Below, one piece after another: positions 35,011 to 44,570 of a DNA stretch of 64,000 nucleotides. The stretch lies in the NCBI GenBank assembly GCA_015295905.1, contig DVEB01000303.1, forward strand, positions 2,043 to 66,042, read 5' to 3'. This DNA comes from Synechococcales cyanobacterium M55_K2018_004 (GTDB lineage Bacteria > Cyanobacteriota > Cyanobacteriia > Elainellales > Elainellaceae). The notes beneath the pieces are model-generated. The model was given only the letters and a program-made list of their open reading frames with translations. It had not been told where the DNA came from and searched no databases. The translations under genes and the position numbers were made by a program. The first letter of the stretch is position 1, and each line of letters starts with the position of its first letter.

Positions 35011-35073
35011 GTTTAGAGTGTAAGGTTTAAAGGTTAGGGTTTAGAGTTTAGGGTTTAAGGGGTAGGGGTTTCA
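35011..35073 (+). repeat. Nine tandem degenerate heptamers (consensus GTTTARG), STRR-like; four G-tracts form a potential G-quadruplex at 35037-35068
   Basis: gtttaga gtgtaag gtttaaa ggttagg gtttaga gtttagg gtttaag gggtagg ggtttca, read directly from the sequence. It lies in the spacer between the dehydrogenase stop and the ATP-grasp start. Confidence 0.85.
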
Positions 35074-35203
35074 GTTCTAGACGTGCACCTCGCACCCAAT
35101 ACGTTTCACCCAACTACTACACCCCCTTCGCATGGCAAATTGCTGCATGCTGGACTTCCGATACTTCATTGCATCCGGGTGTACCGATGTCCTAACGCGG
35201 ATT

Positions 35204-36484
35204 CTATAGGCTCCAGTAGTGAAGATTTGACGGCAGTGTTTTGGGATCTAGAACAGATTTCACATCCATAACCACTCCTCTCGCATGCACAGGACTCAGA
35301 AGGGTTTCCTGAGGCATATCTAGGTAGAAGCGATGGTTGACTGCCAGGATCAGCGCATCTAGATTGTGCAGGTCATTCCAACTCACTAGTTGGATACCGT
35401 ATTCTTTCTCAGCCTCCTTCTCATCTGCTAATGGATCATGAACAAACACCTGAACACCAAATTGCTGCAACTCCTGCACAATATCGGGGACACGACTATT
35501 GCGAAGATCGGGAACGTTTTCCTTAAAGGTCAATCCTAGAATTCCTACCCGTGCCCCTCGAATCGGTTGATCAGCTTTAACCAACAGCTTGACTAGGCGT
35601 TGCGCCAAATAAATCCCCATGTTGTCATTGATCCGACGCCCCGCAAGAATGACTTCAGGATGGTGACCAACCTCTTCCGCCTTTGCGGTTAAGTAATAGG
35701 GATCAACGCCGATACAGTGTCCACCTACCAGCCCTGGAGTAAAGGGCAGAAAGTTCCACTTGGTCCTTGCAGCCGCCAAAACGTCGTGAGTGCGGATGTT
35801 GAGTCGGTCACAAATCAAGGCCAGTTCATTCATCAGCGCAATGTTCACATCTCGCTGGGTGTTCTCAATTGCCTTGGCAGCTTCTGCAACTTTGATGGAA
35901 GGGGCACGGTGAACCCCAACATCAATAATAGCGCCATAGACACTAGCAACTCGTTCCAGAGTGTCTTGATCTTCTCCGGCAACGACTTTGACAATTCTTT
36001 CCAGAGTGTGGGCCTTGTCACCCGGATTAATACGCTCGGGGGAATATCCTAACTTAAAGTCAATACCCTGCTCTAAGCCAGAGACCCGCGCTAGGATAGG
36101 ACCGCAGAATTCCTCTGTGACTCCAGGATAAACGGTTGACTCATAGACCACGACAGAACCGGGGCGTAGAACTTTGCCAACCAATTCGGATGCTTTGGCT
36201 AGTAAGGTCAAATCTGGACGATGACTACGATCGATAGGAGTCGGTACAGCTACCACGAAGAAGTTCGCATCAACCAAGTCAGATAGATCGTAGGTCACCC
36301 TTAATCTAGAATTTAGTAATTCGTCGCTGGTCACTTCGCCAGTATGATCGATACCCTGTCGCAGGCTCTCGACCCGCTGAACACTGATGTCAAATCCGAT
36401 TGTGTTGGGGAACTTGCGGGCAAAGGCAATTGCCACAGGTAAGCCAACGTAGCCAAGACCAATCACTGCAATTTGTTCATTCAT
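35204..36484 (-). CDS. Nucleotide-sugar 6-dehydrogenase (TviB/WbpO/CapL-like, UDP-HexNAc to UDP-HexNAc-uronic acid type)
   Basis: IAVIGLGYVGLPVAIAFA (NAD fold), catalytic-Cys region GLVGGHCIGVDPYYL, and GLTFKENVPDLRNSRV. Confidence 0.85.
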   Translation of the reverse strand: MNEQIAVIGLGYVGLPVAIAFARKFPNTIGFDISVQRVESLRQGIDHTGEVTSDELLNSRLRVTYDLSDLVDANFFVVAVPTPIDRSHRPDLTLLAKASELVGKVLRPGSVVVYESTVYPGVTEEFCGPILARVSGLEQGIDFKLGYSPERINPGDKAHTLERIVKVVAGEDQDTLERVASVYGAIIDVGVHRAPSIKVAEAAKAIENTQRDVNIALMNELALICDRLNIRTHDVLAAARTKWNFLPFTPGLVGGHCIGVDPYYLTAKAEEVGHHPEVILAGRRINDNMGIYLAQRLVKLLVKADQPIRGARVGILGLTFKENVPDLRNSRVPDIVQELQQFGVQVFVHDPLADEKEAEKEYGIQLVSWNDLHNLDALILAVNHRFYLDMPQETLLSPVHARGVVMDVKSVLDPKTLPSNLHYWSL

Positions 36485-36790
36485 GACCAGTTCAAGAAAT
36501 TTCCATTACAAGTTATTCCGATAGCTATCCAGTTGATGTTTAGCTGCTCCGTACAGCTTAAGTAGATCAGAGCATGATGATTAACGAATGGGTTACCAAA
36601 CCGATGATTCTTCTGTCTTCAGGTTCCTGGAGAAAACCTTCTAATCTATACTCCTGTTTCAGGAATAGAGCTTTTTTATTCAGATGTATACAAAAGTTTT
36701 CTAATAACCAACTTAAAGAAAATCACGAATTTGATCTCGCCATTTTGCCACTCCTTTCAAGTCGCCTGATTGGCGTTGTGTAATCCAGAT

Positions 36791-36835
36791 ATGATTTTTG
36801 GGGGGATGCGCTCCGCGCATCCCCCCAAAAATCAT
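36791..36835. terminator. Perfect 21-bp stem / 3-nt loop hairpin between the GT gene stop and the dehydrogenase start
   Basis: ATGATTTTTGGGGGGATGCGC tcc GCGCATCCCCCCAAAAATCAT. It has the same GCGC-loop-GCGC design as the hairpins at 33874 and 8405. Confidence 0.35.
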
Positions 36836-36911
36836 TGACCAAATCATCAATACTGCTTGATTTCCTGAGCCTACTATTGAACAACGAAGTTCTATTTCTG
36901 GCGCATGGCAA

Positions 36912-38213
36912 CTATGCAGACAGACCTGGCTTTTGGATCAATGTTCGCTCAGACAACAGGGAACGGTAAACTTCCATTACACCAGCAACATAGGCATCTG
37001 TGGAGAAGTATCGCTCTACTCGTTCGCGGCCTGCCCTGCCCATTTGCTGGCGCAACTCTGGGTTGGCAAGCAGCTTTTCTAAGGCATCTGCCAAGGCGAT
37101 AGGGTCGGAGGGTGGCACCACAAAGCCATTTACTCCTTGTTCAATTTGCTCTGGTACGCCTGCGATCGCTGTACCTACAACTGGCAAGCCAAAGTACATC
37201 GCCTCTAGATGCGTAGTTGGAAATCCCTCATTACCCCGCACCTCAACCACCCGATCGCCATAATCAAGGCACTCTTTGCGAACAGAAGGGAGTACCTCAA
37301 TATCTGCCAACTTATAATAGGGGAATGGGTTAGACTGCCAACCTGTAAAGATGACATTCTGAATTCCTAGTTCGTGTTGCCTCTGTTTTAACCAGTCAGC
37401 ATGATCTTGATATTCTTGGGGCATATCGCCAACACAGATAAATACAGCCAGATCACCCCAACCACGTCGATTTAGTTCGGCGATCGCATTCAACAGATGA
37501 TGGTGCCCCTTAAAGGGAACAACAGAAGCAAAACAAGCAACTATTAATTTTCCCTGTGCTTTGAGGTCTTCTAGCCAGGAAATCGACTGCCCCAGATCAG
37601 TCACTTTCTGAATTCCGTTGTAGACGGTAACTGCCTTTATCCTTGCTGCCGGACTCAGACTAGACTGGATGGATGAACACACAGTAATAATCTGATCTGA
37701 AAACTTTTCAAAGATAGCTTGCACAATCCCTCCAAAGGGAGGTTCGCCATGCATATGTCCAACTATTGGGCGTCTCAGTAAACGAGCAGCTGCACCAATC
37801 AACAGCATTCCCCTAGAGGTATCAACATGTACAATGTCTGGTTGCCAATTCAGGATGAGCTGCATACATTGCAAAGTGTAAGGCAGTAATTCAGTGGCAG
37901 CAACCCAAATTCGCTTGGCGGCAGACCAACGTAACATGGCTTTGCCAAACTGATTCAGGGAAGGTCCCGGGGGCAAAACTCGAACGTCAATTCCGGCATC
38001 TCTAAAAGCTTGAGCTGCTCTTCCTTCACCAGCCAGCACAACTAATGGCATCACAGTTTCAGGCAAATGCTTTACCAGTTCAAGTAAAACACGATTTGCA
38101 CCAGCCATACGCTGGTAGTAAGAAACATAGTAGAGCACGCGCATCGGAGAGCCAGAAGCAATTGCAGAATTCAACCGACTTTCTTCGGCTTGAGTATCAA
38201 GTGAGTAGATCAT
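36912..38213 (-). CDS. GT4-family glycosyltransferase
   Basis: EGFPTTHLEAMYFGLPVVGTAIAGVPEQI (E-x7-E). The true start may be MRVLYYVS at 38144. Confidence 0.85.
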   Translation of the reverse strand: MIYSLDTQAEESRLNSAIASGSPMRVLYYVSYYQRMAGANRVLLELVKHLPETVMPLVVLAGEGRAAQAFRDAGIDVRVLPPGPSLNQFGKAMLRWSAAKRIWVAATELLPYTLQCMQLILNWQPDIVHVDTSRGMLLIGAAARLLRRPIVGHMHGEPPFGGIVQAIFEKFSDQIITVCSSIQSSLSPAARIKAVTVYNGIQKVTDLGQSISWLEDLKAQGKLIVACFASVVPFKGHHHLLNAIAELNRRGWGDLAVFICVGDMPQEYQDHADWLKQRQHELGIQNVIFTGWQSNPFPYYKLADIEVLPSVRKECLDYGDRVVEVRGNEGFPTTHLEAMYFGLPVVGTAIAGVPEQIEQGVNGFVVPPSDPIALADALEKLLANPELRQQMGRAGRERVERYFSTDAYVAGVMEVYRSLLSERTLIQKPGLSA

Positions 38214-38355
38214 ACAAACACTTTAGAGAACTTTTGTATTACAGGCGCGTGAGATGTAGTCAGGTGCTGAACTCGATATCAATCAGAAATGAAGCTGCAT
38301 CAAGCAATCTCGTGAAACGAGAGACTAAAGCTTTTGATTCTATACAACTTCCAGC

Positions 38356-39573
38356 TCAATTACTGTAGGAAGCACTATACTCAGCCTTGGATCCAAAAAA
38401 CTGCTGAAACAAATTGGCATAGGAAGCGGCGATGGTCTCTGCATGAAAGTCCTGCGATCGCACCTGTCCATTACGAGATAGGTCTTGCTGCAATCCTGGA
38501 TCAGTCAGTACCCGCAAGATAGATTGGGCGAGAGCATCAGCATTGGCTGGAGGCACTAGCAAGCCGCTCACTCCATCCTCGATAATTTCTCCTGGGCCGT
38601 AGGGACAATCAGTAGCAACCACTGGGGTTCCACATGCCATTGCCTCAACGACCACATTACCAAACCCCTCATACAGGGACGACAACACGAACACATCTGC
38701 TGCTGCCATGTATTGATAAGGGTTTTTCTGAAATCCCACTAGGCGTACACAATCTGTTAGTCCGAGTTGTTGAATCTGTGCTTCTAAGGCTAGACGCTCG
38801 GAACCCTCACCCACAATCCACAAATGAGCAGGAATAGAATTTCGTATCTGTCGCATTGCAGTCAACAGATAGGGAAATCCTTTTTGTGGGTGTAGTCGTC
38901 CGCAAGCGACGATCAATGGTTCATCCTGGGGAGGTTGTGTTTCAAACAAGAGTTCCTTGGCCCCGTTTACCACCTTGCTGTCTACACCTGCATTGTAAAT
39001 GACTTCAATGAGATTCCCAACCTCAGGTATGACCTCCTTCAAATCTATTGCAACACCATGAGACAGGGCAATAATCCTATCTGCCTGGGGATATAACGCT
39101 TTCATCTGAGATCGTACAAATAGATGAAGGGGGTGATAACGGCGGCTGTACAGAGCAGACACGTTATTCTGCACACCAAGTAGCAGTTTAGGAGGATGAG
39201 ATAAATTACGACAGGCCCACATAGCAACTAAGTTGGCATGATCCTGAAAAGCACAAAGAATATCAGGTTGCTCCGTCTGGACGAGTTGACGTAGGGGAGC
39301 GATCGCTCGTAGTATTCGCAGGGTACTGGAGCGAATACCCGAAGGATTCAAGGCATGAACTGTAACATCCTCTGCTAGCGAGGCCTCATAAGTTCCCCCC
39401 GTTTGAGCTAGGGCAACTGATAAACGAAATTGCTTGCGATCCAGATGGTTCAGGAGGCGCAGCAAATGCATTTCAGCTCCACCGTTGCCTAGGGAGGGGG
39501 TAAAGAAGAGGACATGAATTCTCCTCTCTGACTCGCCATGAGTGATTTGATTCATATAGTTCTGGTTATACAT
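38356..39573 (-). CDS. GT4-family glycosyltransferase
   Basis: IHVLFFTPSLGNGGAEMHLLRL... and EGFGNVVVEAMACGTPVVATDCPYGPGEII. It overlaps the upstream methyltransferase gene by 8 nt. Confidence 0.85.
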   Translation of the reverse strand: MYNQNYMNQITHGESERRIHVLFFTPSLGNGGAEMHLLRLLNHLDRKQFRLSVALAQTGGTYEASLAEDVTVHALNPSGIRSSTLRILRAIAPLRQLVQTEQPDILCAFQDHANLVAMWACRNLSHPPKLLLGVQNNVSALYSRRYHPLHLFVRSQMKALYPQADRIIALSHGVAIDLKEVIPEVGNLIEVIYNAGVDSKVVNGAKELLFETQPPQDEPLIVACGRLHPQKGFPYLLTAMRQIRNSIPAHLWIVGEGSERLALEAQIQQLGLTDCVRLVGFQKNPYQYMAAADVFVLSSLYEGFGNVVVEAMACGTPVVATDCPYGPGEIIEDGVSGLLVPPANADALAQSILRVLTDPGLQQDLSRNGQVRSQDFHAETIAASYANLFQQFFGSKAEYSASYSN

Positions 39574-40426
39574 AAGGTTTCTGCGCCATCACACAAAAGT
39601 TACCATCTTGCCCTAACCGATACACTAAAGAGACGATTAGATGGCCTACAGCTTTTTTCAAATTACGAACGGGGGAATGAGAACGCATATTTCGGTCTTC
39701 AAGCCAGTCAATCTGTTCAAAACCAGTGTTTTGAAGTAAGGTAGCGAATGTTGAATGACTAAAAAACTGAATATGATCTGGCGTATATAGCAAAGCACCT
39801 GCCAGACGAGGAAACGCTTTGACTACTTTAAAGGTGAATTGGGAAACTTTGGGAGTTTTGATCAACAAATACCCACCTGGTCGTAGCAATTGAAATGCTT
39901 GATGAATGAAGGCTGAAGGCTGAGGGAGGTGCTCAACAACATCCCACATGGTAATCAAATCAAAGCAATCACGTGTTTGCAAATTGGTTAATGCCATTAC
40001 CTCAGCATGAAGCCCTCGCTGCTGACAATGAGCAACAGCCGCCGCTGAAATATCGATGCCCAATGCTGAATAGCCAGCTTCTGTTGCTGCTTCTAAAAAA
40101 TCTCCATTGCCACACCCTACATCTAGAACCTTTGCTGGTGGAGCAACACGTGGAATTAGATTTTTGATAATTTCCCGACGAATAGCATCCTGAAAATATG
40201 GATCAGGACGAAATCCAACATAGCTATCATCATACTGCTCTGAAAGCGCTTCTGATGATAGAGATGTCGTATCCATAAAGCGATGATCACAATTATTACA
40301 ACGATAAACTGGCCGCGTCCCAAATCGAAAAAGCTGGGGCCACCACTTAGAAAAATCTATGGAAAGAATAGAATCAAGATTTTCGGAGTAACAAATAGGA
40401 CATGACGAAGCAAAAGTTCTTTCCAT
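39566..40426 (-). CDS. Class I SAM-dependent methyltransferase with N-terminal Cys4 zinc ribbon
   Basis: CPICYS...CNNCDH, motif I VLDVGCGNGDFL, and LRPGGYLLIKTP. Confidence 0.8.
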   Translation of the reverse strand: MERTFASSCPICYSENLDSILSIDFSKWWPQLFRFGTRPVYRCNNCDHRFMDTTSLSSEALSEQYDDSYVGFRPDPYFQDAIRREIIKNLIPRVAPPAKVLDVGCGNGDFLEAATEAGYSALGIDISAAAVAHCQQRGLHAEVMALTNLQTRDCFDLITMWDVVEHLPQPSAFIHQAFQLLRPGGYLLIKTPKVSQFTFKVVKAFPRLAGALLYTPDHIQFFSHSTFATLLQNTGFEQIDWLEDRNMRSHSPVRNLKKAVGHLIVSLVYRLGQDGNFCVMAQKPYV

Positions 40427-40588
40427 GCAAAAGCAACCTCCAATAAAGAATTAAGCCAATTAGAGAGACATCTGTAGTGTTACAAAAATGCTCTCGACAG
40501 AAATGCCACTTTGCCAGTGTACGCCAGGGATAATGTCTTGCTTTGCATTGCTTCTTCAAGGAGCTTGACGTTGCTCCCTCAACTTGGC

Positions 40589-41599
40589 TTAAACCTTGTA
40601 GTAGGCACGATACCAACTGACAAACCGTTCAATGCCGACTTCGATCGCAGTACTGGGTCGAAACCCCACATCCCTGGCCAGATCATCCACATCCGCATAG
40701 GTAGTCGGCACATCACCCGGTTGCATGGGCAAGAGGTTCTTCTCGGCTTTTTTGCCTAGGCAGGACTCCAGTATCTCAATAAAGTGCATCAACTCTACTG
40801 GGTTATTGTTACCAATGTTGTAGATCTTATAAGGAGCTTTGCTGCTAGCTGGGTCGGGGGCATCGCCAGACCAATTGGGGTTTCCCTGGGGAATATGGTC
40901 AATCACCCGCACGACGCCTTCCACAATGTCGTCAATATAGGTAAAATCTCGTTGCATTTTACCGTAATTAAACACGTCGATCGGTTGCCCCGACAAAATC
41001 GCTTTGGTAAACAAAAACAGTGACATATCTGGCCGTCCCCAGGGGCCATAGACCGTAAAAAATCGCAGTCCTGTGGTGGGCAATCCGTACAGATGGCTGT
41101 AGGTATGTGCCATCAGTTCATTGGCCTTTTTGGTGGCGGCATAAAGGCTAACCGGGTGGTCTACGTTGTGGTGGGTCGAGAACGGCATTCTGGTATTTGC
41201 GCCATACACCGAGCTGGAGGAGGCAAACACTAGGTGCTTCACACCAGAATGACGACAGCCTTCCAGAATATTGACAAAGCCGACCAGATTGCTGTCCACG
41301 TAGGCATGGGGGTTTTTCAGCGAGTAGCGGACTCCCGCCTGGGCGGCCAAGTTAACTACCTTGTCAAATTGTTGCTCAGCAAAGAGTTGGGCGATCGCAT
41401 CCCGATCCTGCAAATCGAGTCGATAGAATTGAAACCGCTCTTGGTCTTGGAGCTTGGCCAGACGGCTCTGTTTCAGGGAAACATCGTAGTAATCATTTAA
41501 GTTATCCAATCCGATTACCTGATCGCCTCTGGTTAAAAGCCGCTGGCAGAGGTGAAATCCGATAAATCCAGCAGCGCCAGTCACTAAGATTTTGCTCAT
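40589..41599 (-). CDS. NAD-dependent SDR epimerase, UDP-glucuronate 4-epimerase-like
   Basis: [32 protein letters not shown], catalytic YAATKKANE. Confidence 0.8.
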   Translation of the reverse strand: MSKILVTGAAGFIGFHLCQRLLTRGDQVIGLDNLNDYYDVSLKQSRLAKLQDQERFQFYRLDLQDRDAIAQLFAEQQFDKVVNLAAQAGVRYSLKNPHAYVDSNLVGFVNILEGCRHSGVKHLVFASSSSVYGANTRMPFSTHHNVDHPVSLYAATKKANELMAHTYSHLYGLPTTGLRFFTVYGPWGRPDMSLFLFTKAILSGQPIDVFNYGKMQRDFTYIDDIVEGVVRVIDHIPQGNPNWSGDAPDPASSKAPYKIYNIGNNNPVELMHFIEILESCLGKKAEKNLLPMQPGDVPTTYADVDDLARDVGFRPSTAIEVGIERFVSWYRAYYKV

Positions 41600-41717
41600 A
41601 GGAATTCTATCAGCTCCAATAACGAACGGTGGTTGGCGAAAAATTGGGGGCCAGAACAGACTTCACATCCATTAATGTACCCACTTTTGAAATCTAATCT
41701 CACTCCTGGTTGTGGGC

Positions 41718-43229
41718 CTAAACGACCTGCGATCGCCCCTGCTTTCCTGGTCTGAAAGCGATCGCTCCAATCAGGTAGAGAAATATCAGAAACGGCACAA
41801 ACGTGATCAGCCAGGCAACAACAGCATCTCCCGATGGACCAGAAAACTGGAACAGTGTAACGACATAAAGAACAGTCGCTGCGGCTTCATGTGCGTACTT
41901 ACGAAAACTTTCAGTCAGCCAGCGATAGAAAAAGCCGAACAGGAAGTATGCCAGCGGAACTCCCACGATGCCAAAGTTCCAGTAAGCTTCTCCAATGACT
42001 CCAGCAGGCATACCGGCAGTCGTATTAAAAAATGTTTCTCCTACCCGTCCTCCCAGCAGTCCTGGCTTCTCTGGCCATAGCCCCCTAGGGATTGGCAATG
42101 TCAGAACAGCCAAGTAGGAACTGCCACGCAGGTAATCCACCTCATCGGGCACAAGCGCCAGAATGGGAAATACGCCATCCACAACGCCACTGCGTTCCGT
42201 AACTTCGGTCAAGCCCGTCGTCAGAGCAGACTCATCCCCTGATGACGCTCCAGTTAGCGCAGTCCAATCCACTTCGCCGCTGAAGGTGCTGGCTCTAAAA
42301 TTGCCCAAGATACCAAGTATTAACAGTCCTACCAGCATCACCGCCGCAACTCTTACCACAGAAATTTTCTGTTCTCGCAGCAGCCACACTAGTAATCCCA
42401 TGGCCATGAAATAAACGATGGTAGAACGAGAACCAGAACCAAAGAAATTGCAGAGAGTAGAAATTCCAGCAGCTCCCCAAAAAACAGGATTAAGGTGCAC
42501 CTTGCGATCCATTGCCAACCAAAACAGACAGGCGATCAGACCGAATTGGATAAAAAATAGCCAATAGGAATCACCCGCAAGTTCTAAGCGGCGGCCTCTC
42601 CCCCAAGAGAGAATATGGGAAACCAACCCACCCTGGGTCTGCATATAGGCAAGAAACACCATCGTCGAAAAGGTAACCGCCAACAAGACCTTCGGCATGA
42701 GTTGACGTGGAAGTTGAAATGCAATTTTAGGAGTCCCCCAAGTTGGACTCAACCAAAACCCCAGATAACAGGCAAGCAGCCCTAATGCCCGCAGCAATAA
42801 TTCATAAACAACGAGATGATTGAGATTATCTGGGCTCCAACCGGGTAGCGCCAGATGCCACTGAAGGCCGTTAGTGTATATCTCAGAGCGCCGGAAATGA
42901 TAGATCAGCGTAATAAAAATATTGAAAACTAATGGATGAAACCAACCATAGGAGGGCTGGTAAAAGATTACAGGCACCAACAACAGTACAAAATTCAGGG
43001 TCAGAGCCAGAAAGATCAGTCCCGCCTCGGCGTTCGAGGAAGAGTTAGGCAATTCCTGAGCACCTATCCAAACTAGATAAGCGACCAAGACGCCCACAAT
43101 CAAAACTCGATGGAATGGAGTCATGGACACAAAGGGAGACGTGACCTTCTCAGAGGTCTGAACCTTTCTGTCTGAGGCGAGATTGATGCTGTTCACGGCG
43201 TTCACCTGTTCAAGACAATACGGATGCAA
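41718..43229 (-). CDS. wzy: Polytopic membrane protein, Wzy-type oligosaccharide repeat-unit polymerase
   Basis: It has at least 10 hydrophobic segments with a large loop, no other family motif, and sits inside a Wzx/Wzc/Wza locus. Wzy proteins are poorly conserved, so the call is contextual. Confidence 0.6.
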   Translation of the reverse strand: MHPYCLEQVNAVNSINLASDRKVQTSEKVTSPFVSMTPFHRVLIVGVLVAYLVWIGAQELPNSSSNAEAGLIFLALTLNFVLLLVPVIFYQPSYGWFHPLVFNIFITLIYHFRRSEIYTNGLQWHLALPGWSPDNLNHLVVYELLLRALGLLACYLGFWLSPTWGTPKIAFQLPRQLMPKVLLAVTFSTMVFLAYMQTQGGLVSHILSWGRGRRLELAGDSYWLFFIQFGLIACLFWLAMDRKVHLNPVFWGAAGISTLCNFFGSGSRSTIVYFMAMGLLVWLLREQKISVVRVAAVMLVGLLILGILGNFRASTFSGEVDWTALTGASSGDESALTTGLTEVTERSGVVDGVFPILALVPDEVDYLRGSSYLAVLTLPIPRGLWPEKPGLLGGRVGETFFNTTAGMPAGVIGEAYWNFGIVGVPLAYFLFGFFYRWLTESFRKYAHEAAATVLYVVTLFQFSGPSGDAVVAWLITFVPFLIFLYLIGAIAFRPGKQGRSQVV

Positions 43230-43234
43230 AGGAA

Positions 43235-44536
43235 CTATGAGGAAGGAGATCGATTCACAGTCTGACTGCTAATCACAGAAGGTTGGGGGAATGCAGAAAC
43301 TATTTCTGGCTCTTGACTGCTATCTTTTGCCGCTTGACTCCTACTCTGGCGGGTCGCTAGGGACGCGTAGAACATCTCATACTGCTGAATAATGTGTTCT
43401 GGCTGAAACAAGGCTCTGGCAGCAACTGCACCGTTTTCCCCCAGCGATCGCCGTAGCTCAGGCTGTTCAAATAGAACCTGAATTACCTCAGCCATCGCTG
43501 GGTAGTCAGCTTGAGGAACTACCCGCCCACAGGTGTGTCCTTCCAGAATCTCTCTGGCGGAACAGACCTCAAACGAAACAACTGGCGTACCGCAGGCCAA
43601 GCTTTCGATCATACAGCGCGCCAACCCTTCTTGATTAGAGGCAATGGTCACCAAATCAACTGCCTTATACCAATCAGAAACTGCTGAGGTATATCCAACA
43701 AAGACAATCGTCTGCTCTAGGTTCAAGCGCTGCACTGCTTCTCCACAGCGTTTTGCGTACTCATTCTTGTCTGGCTCAAAGTCACCAACAAAGTAGATTT
43801 TGAGATTGGGAATGACTTGCTTCAGACGTGGAACCAATTGCTCAATCACTTCAAGCTGAGCTTTGCACTCTCTAAAGGTAGCAATATATCCGATTGCGAA
43901 GGTATCCGGGCTGATACCCAATCGTTGACGAATAGTATCCTGTTCTGGTGCAGATACCGGATGCAGTGTGTTGCCATTCACAATGCTATAGATACAACCC
44001 AGGTTCGCTTGTCGCTCTGGTGGGATCGCCAGTTGCTCAATAAAGGTCTGACGCATCTCCTGGGACAGGACAAGCTGGCGATCGCTAAGCCGGAAATACA
44101 TCTGCCAGTTCCAACCATAGGACTCATGCGCAGCCTTGGTGCCTCGAATATTAAACACTACCTTCGCGCCTGCCAGTTTTGCACCAAATCCTGTATGCCA
44201 CAGGGCCGTTGGATCATTGCAATGTACTACTGGGCTACCAGTTGAACGCACCAGTTGATACATTCGCCAGTTAGTTTCAAACAGAGAACACAACCGTTGT
44301 AATTTAGCTTTGAAACTGGCTCGATAGAAGGAGCTACACATATTGTAGGGAATTTGCCACAGCCTTACCTCAGCTCCAGACTTTTGCCAACGCTGATTGA
44401 TTGGTGTTTCAACCTGGGTCACTACAACTGGCGCCAGTCGTTGGCCATGCTCAATGATCTGGCTAATACTTTCCACTCCACCATTGGCGAGGTTTCCAGT
44501 TTGAAATACAACGAAAATTATCTTGAGAGAATTCAT
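43235..44536 (-). CDS. GT4-family glycosyltransferase
   Basis: Start chosen at MNSLKIIFVVFQTGNLANGGVES (ATG 44536), which avoids overlap with the upstream gene. EGLARCMIESLACGTPVVSFEVCSAREIL. Confidence 0.8.
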   Translation of the reverse strand: MNSLKIIFVVFQTGNLANGGVESISQIIEHGQRLAPVVVTQVETPINQRWQKSGAEVRLWQIPYNMCSSFYRASFKAKLQRLCSLFETNWRMYQLVRSTGSPVVHCNDPTALWHTGFGAKLAGAKVVFNIRGTKAAHESYGWNWQMYFRLSDRQLVLSQEMRQTFIEQLAIPPERQANLGCIYSIVNGNTLHPVSAPEQDTIRQRLGISPDTFAIGYIATFRECKAQLEVIEQLVPRLKQVIPNLKIYFVGDFEPDKNEYAKRCGEAVQRLNLEQTIVFVGYTSAVSDWYKAVDLVTIASNQEGLARCMIESLACGTPVVSFEVCSAREILEGHTCGRVVPQADYPAMAEVIQVLFEQPELRRSLGENGAVAARALFQPEHIIQQYEMFYASLATRQSRSQAAKDSSQEPEIVSAFPQPSVISSQTVNRSPSS

Positions 44537-44570
44537 GGCTAAAAACGTGCTGGAGTAACAAAGCATAGGT

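Noticed and set aside
35034-35053. TTTAGGG units as genuine telomere-type repeats
   Set aside because: Only two exact units occur within a degenerate heptamer array in the middle of a chromosomal operon. A cyanobacterial STRR-type repeat is the simpler explanation.
35083-35271. 62-aa plus-strand ORF after the heptamer array
   Set aside because: It overlaps the dehydrogenase 3' end antisense and has no motifs.
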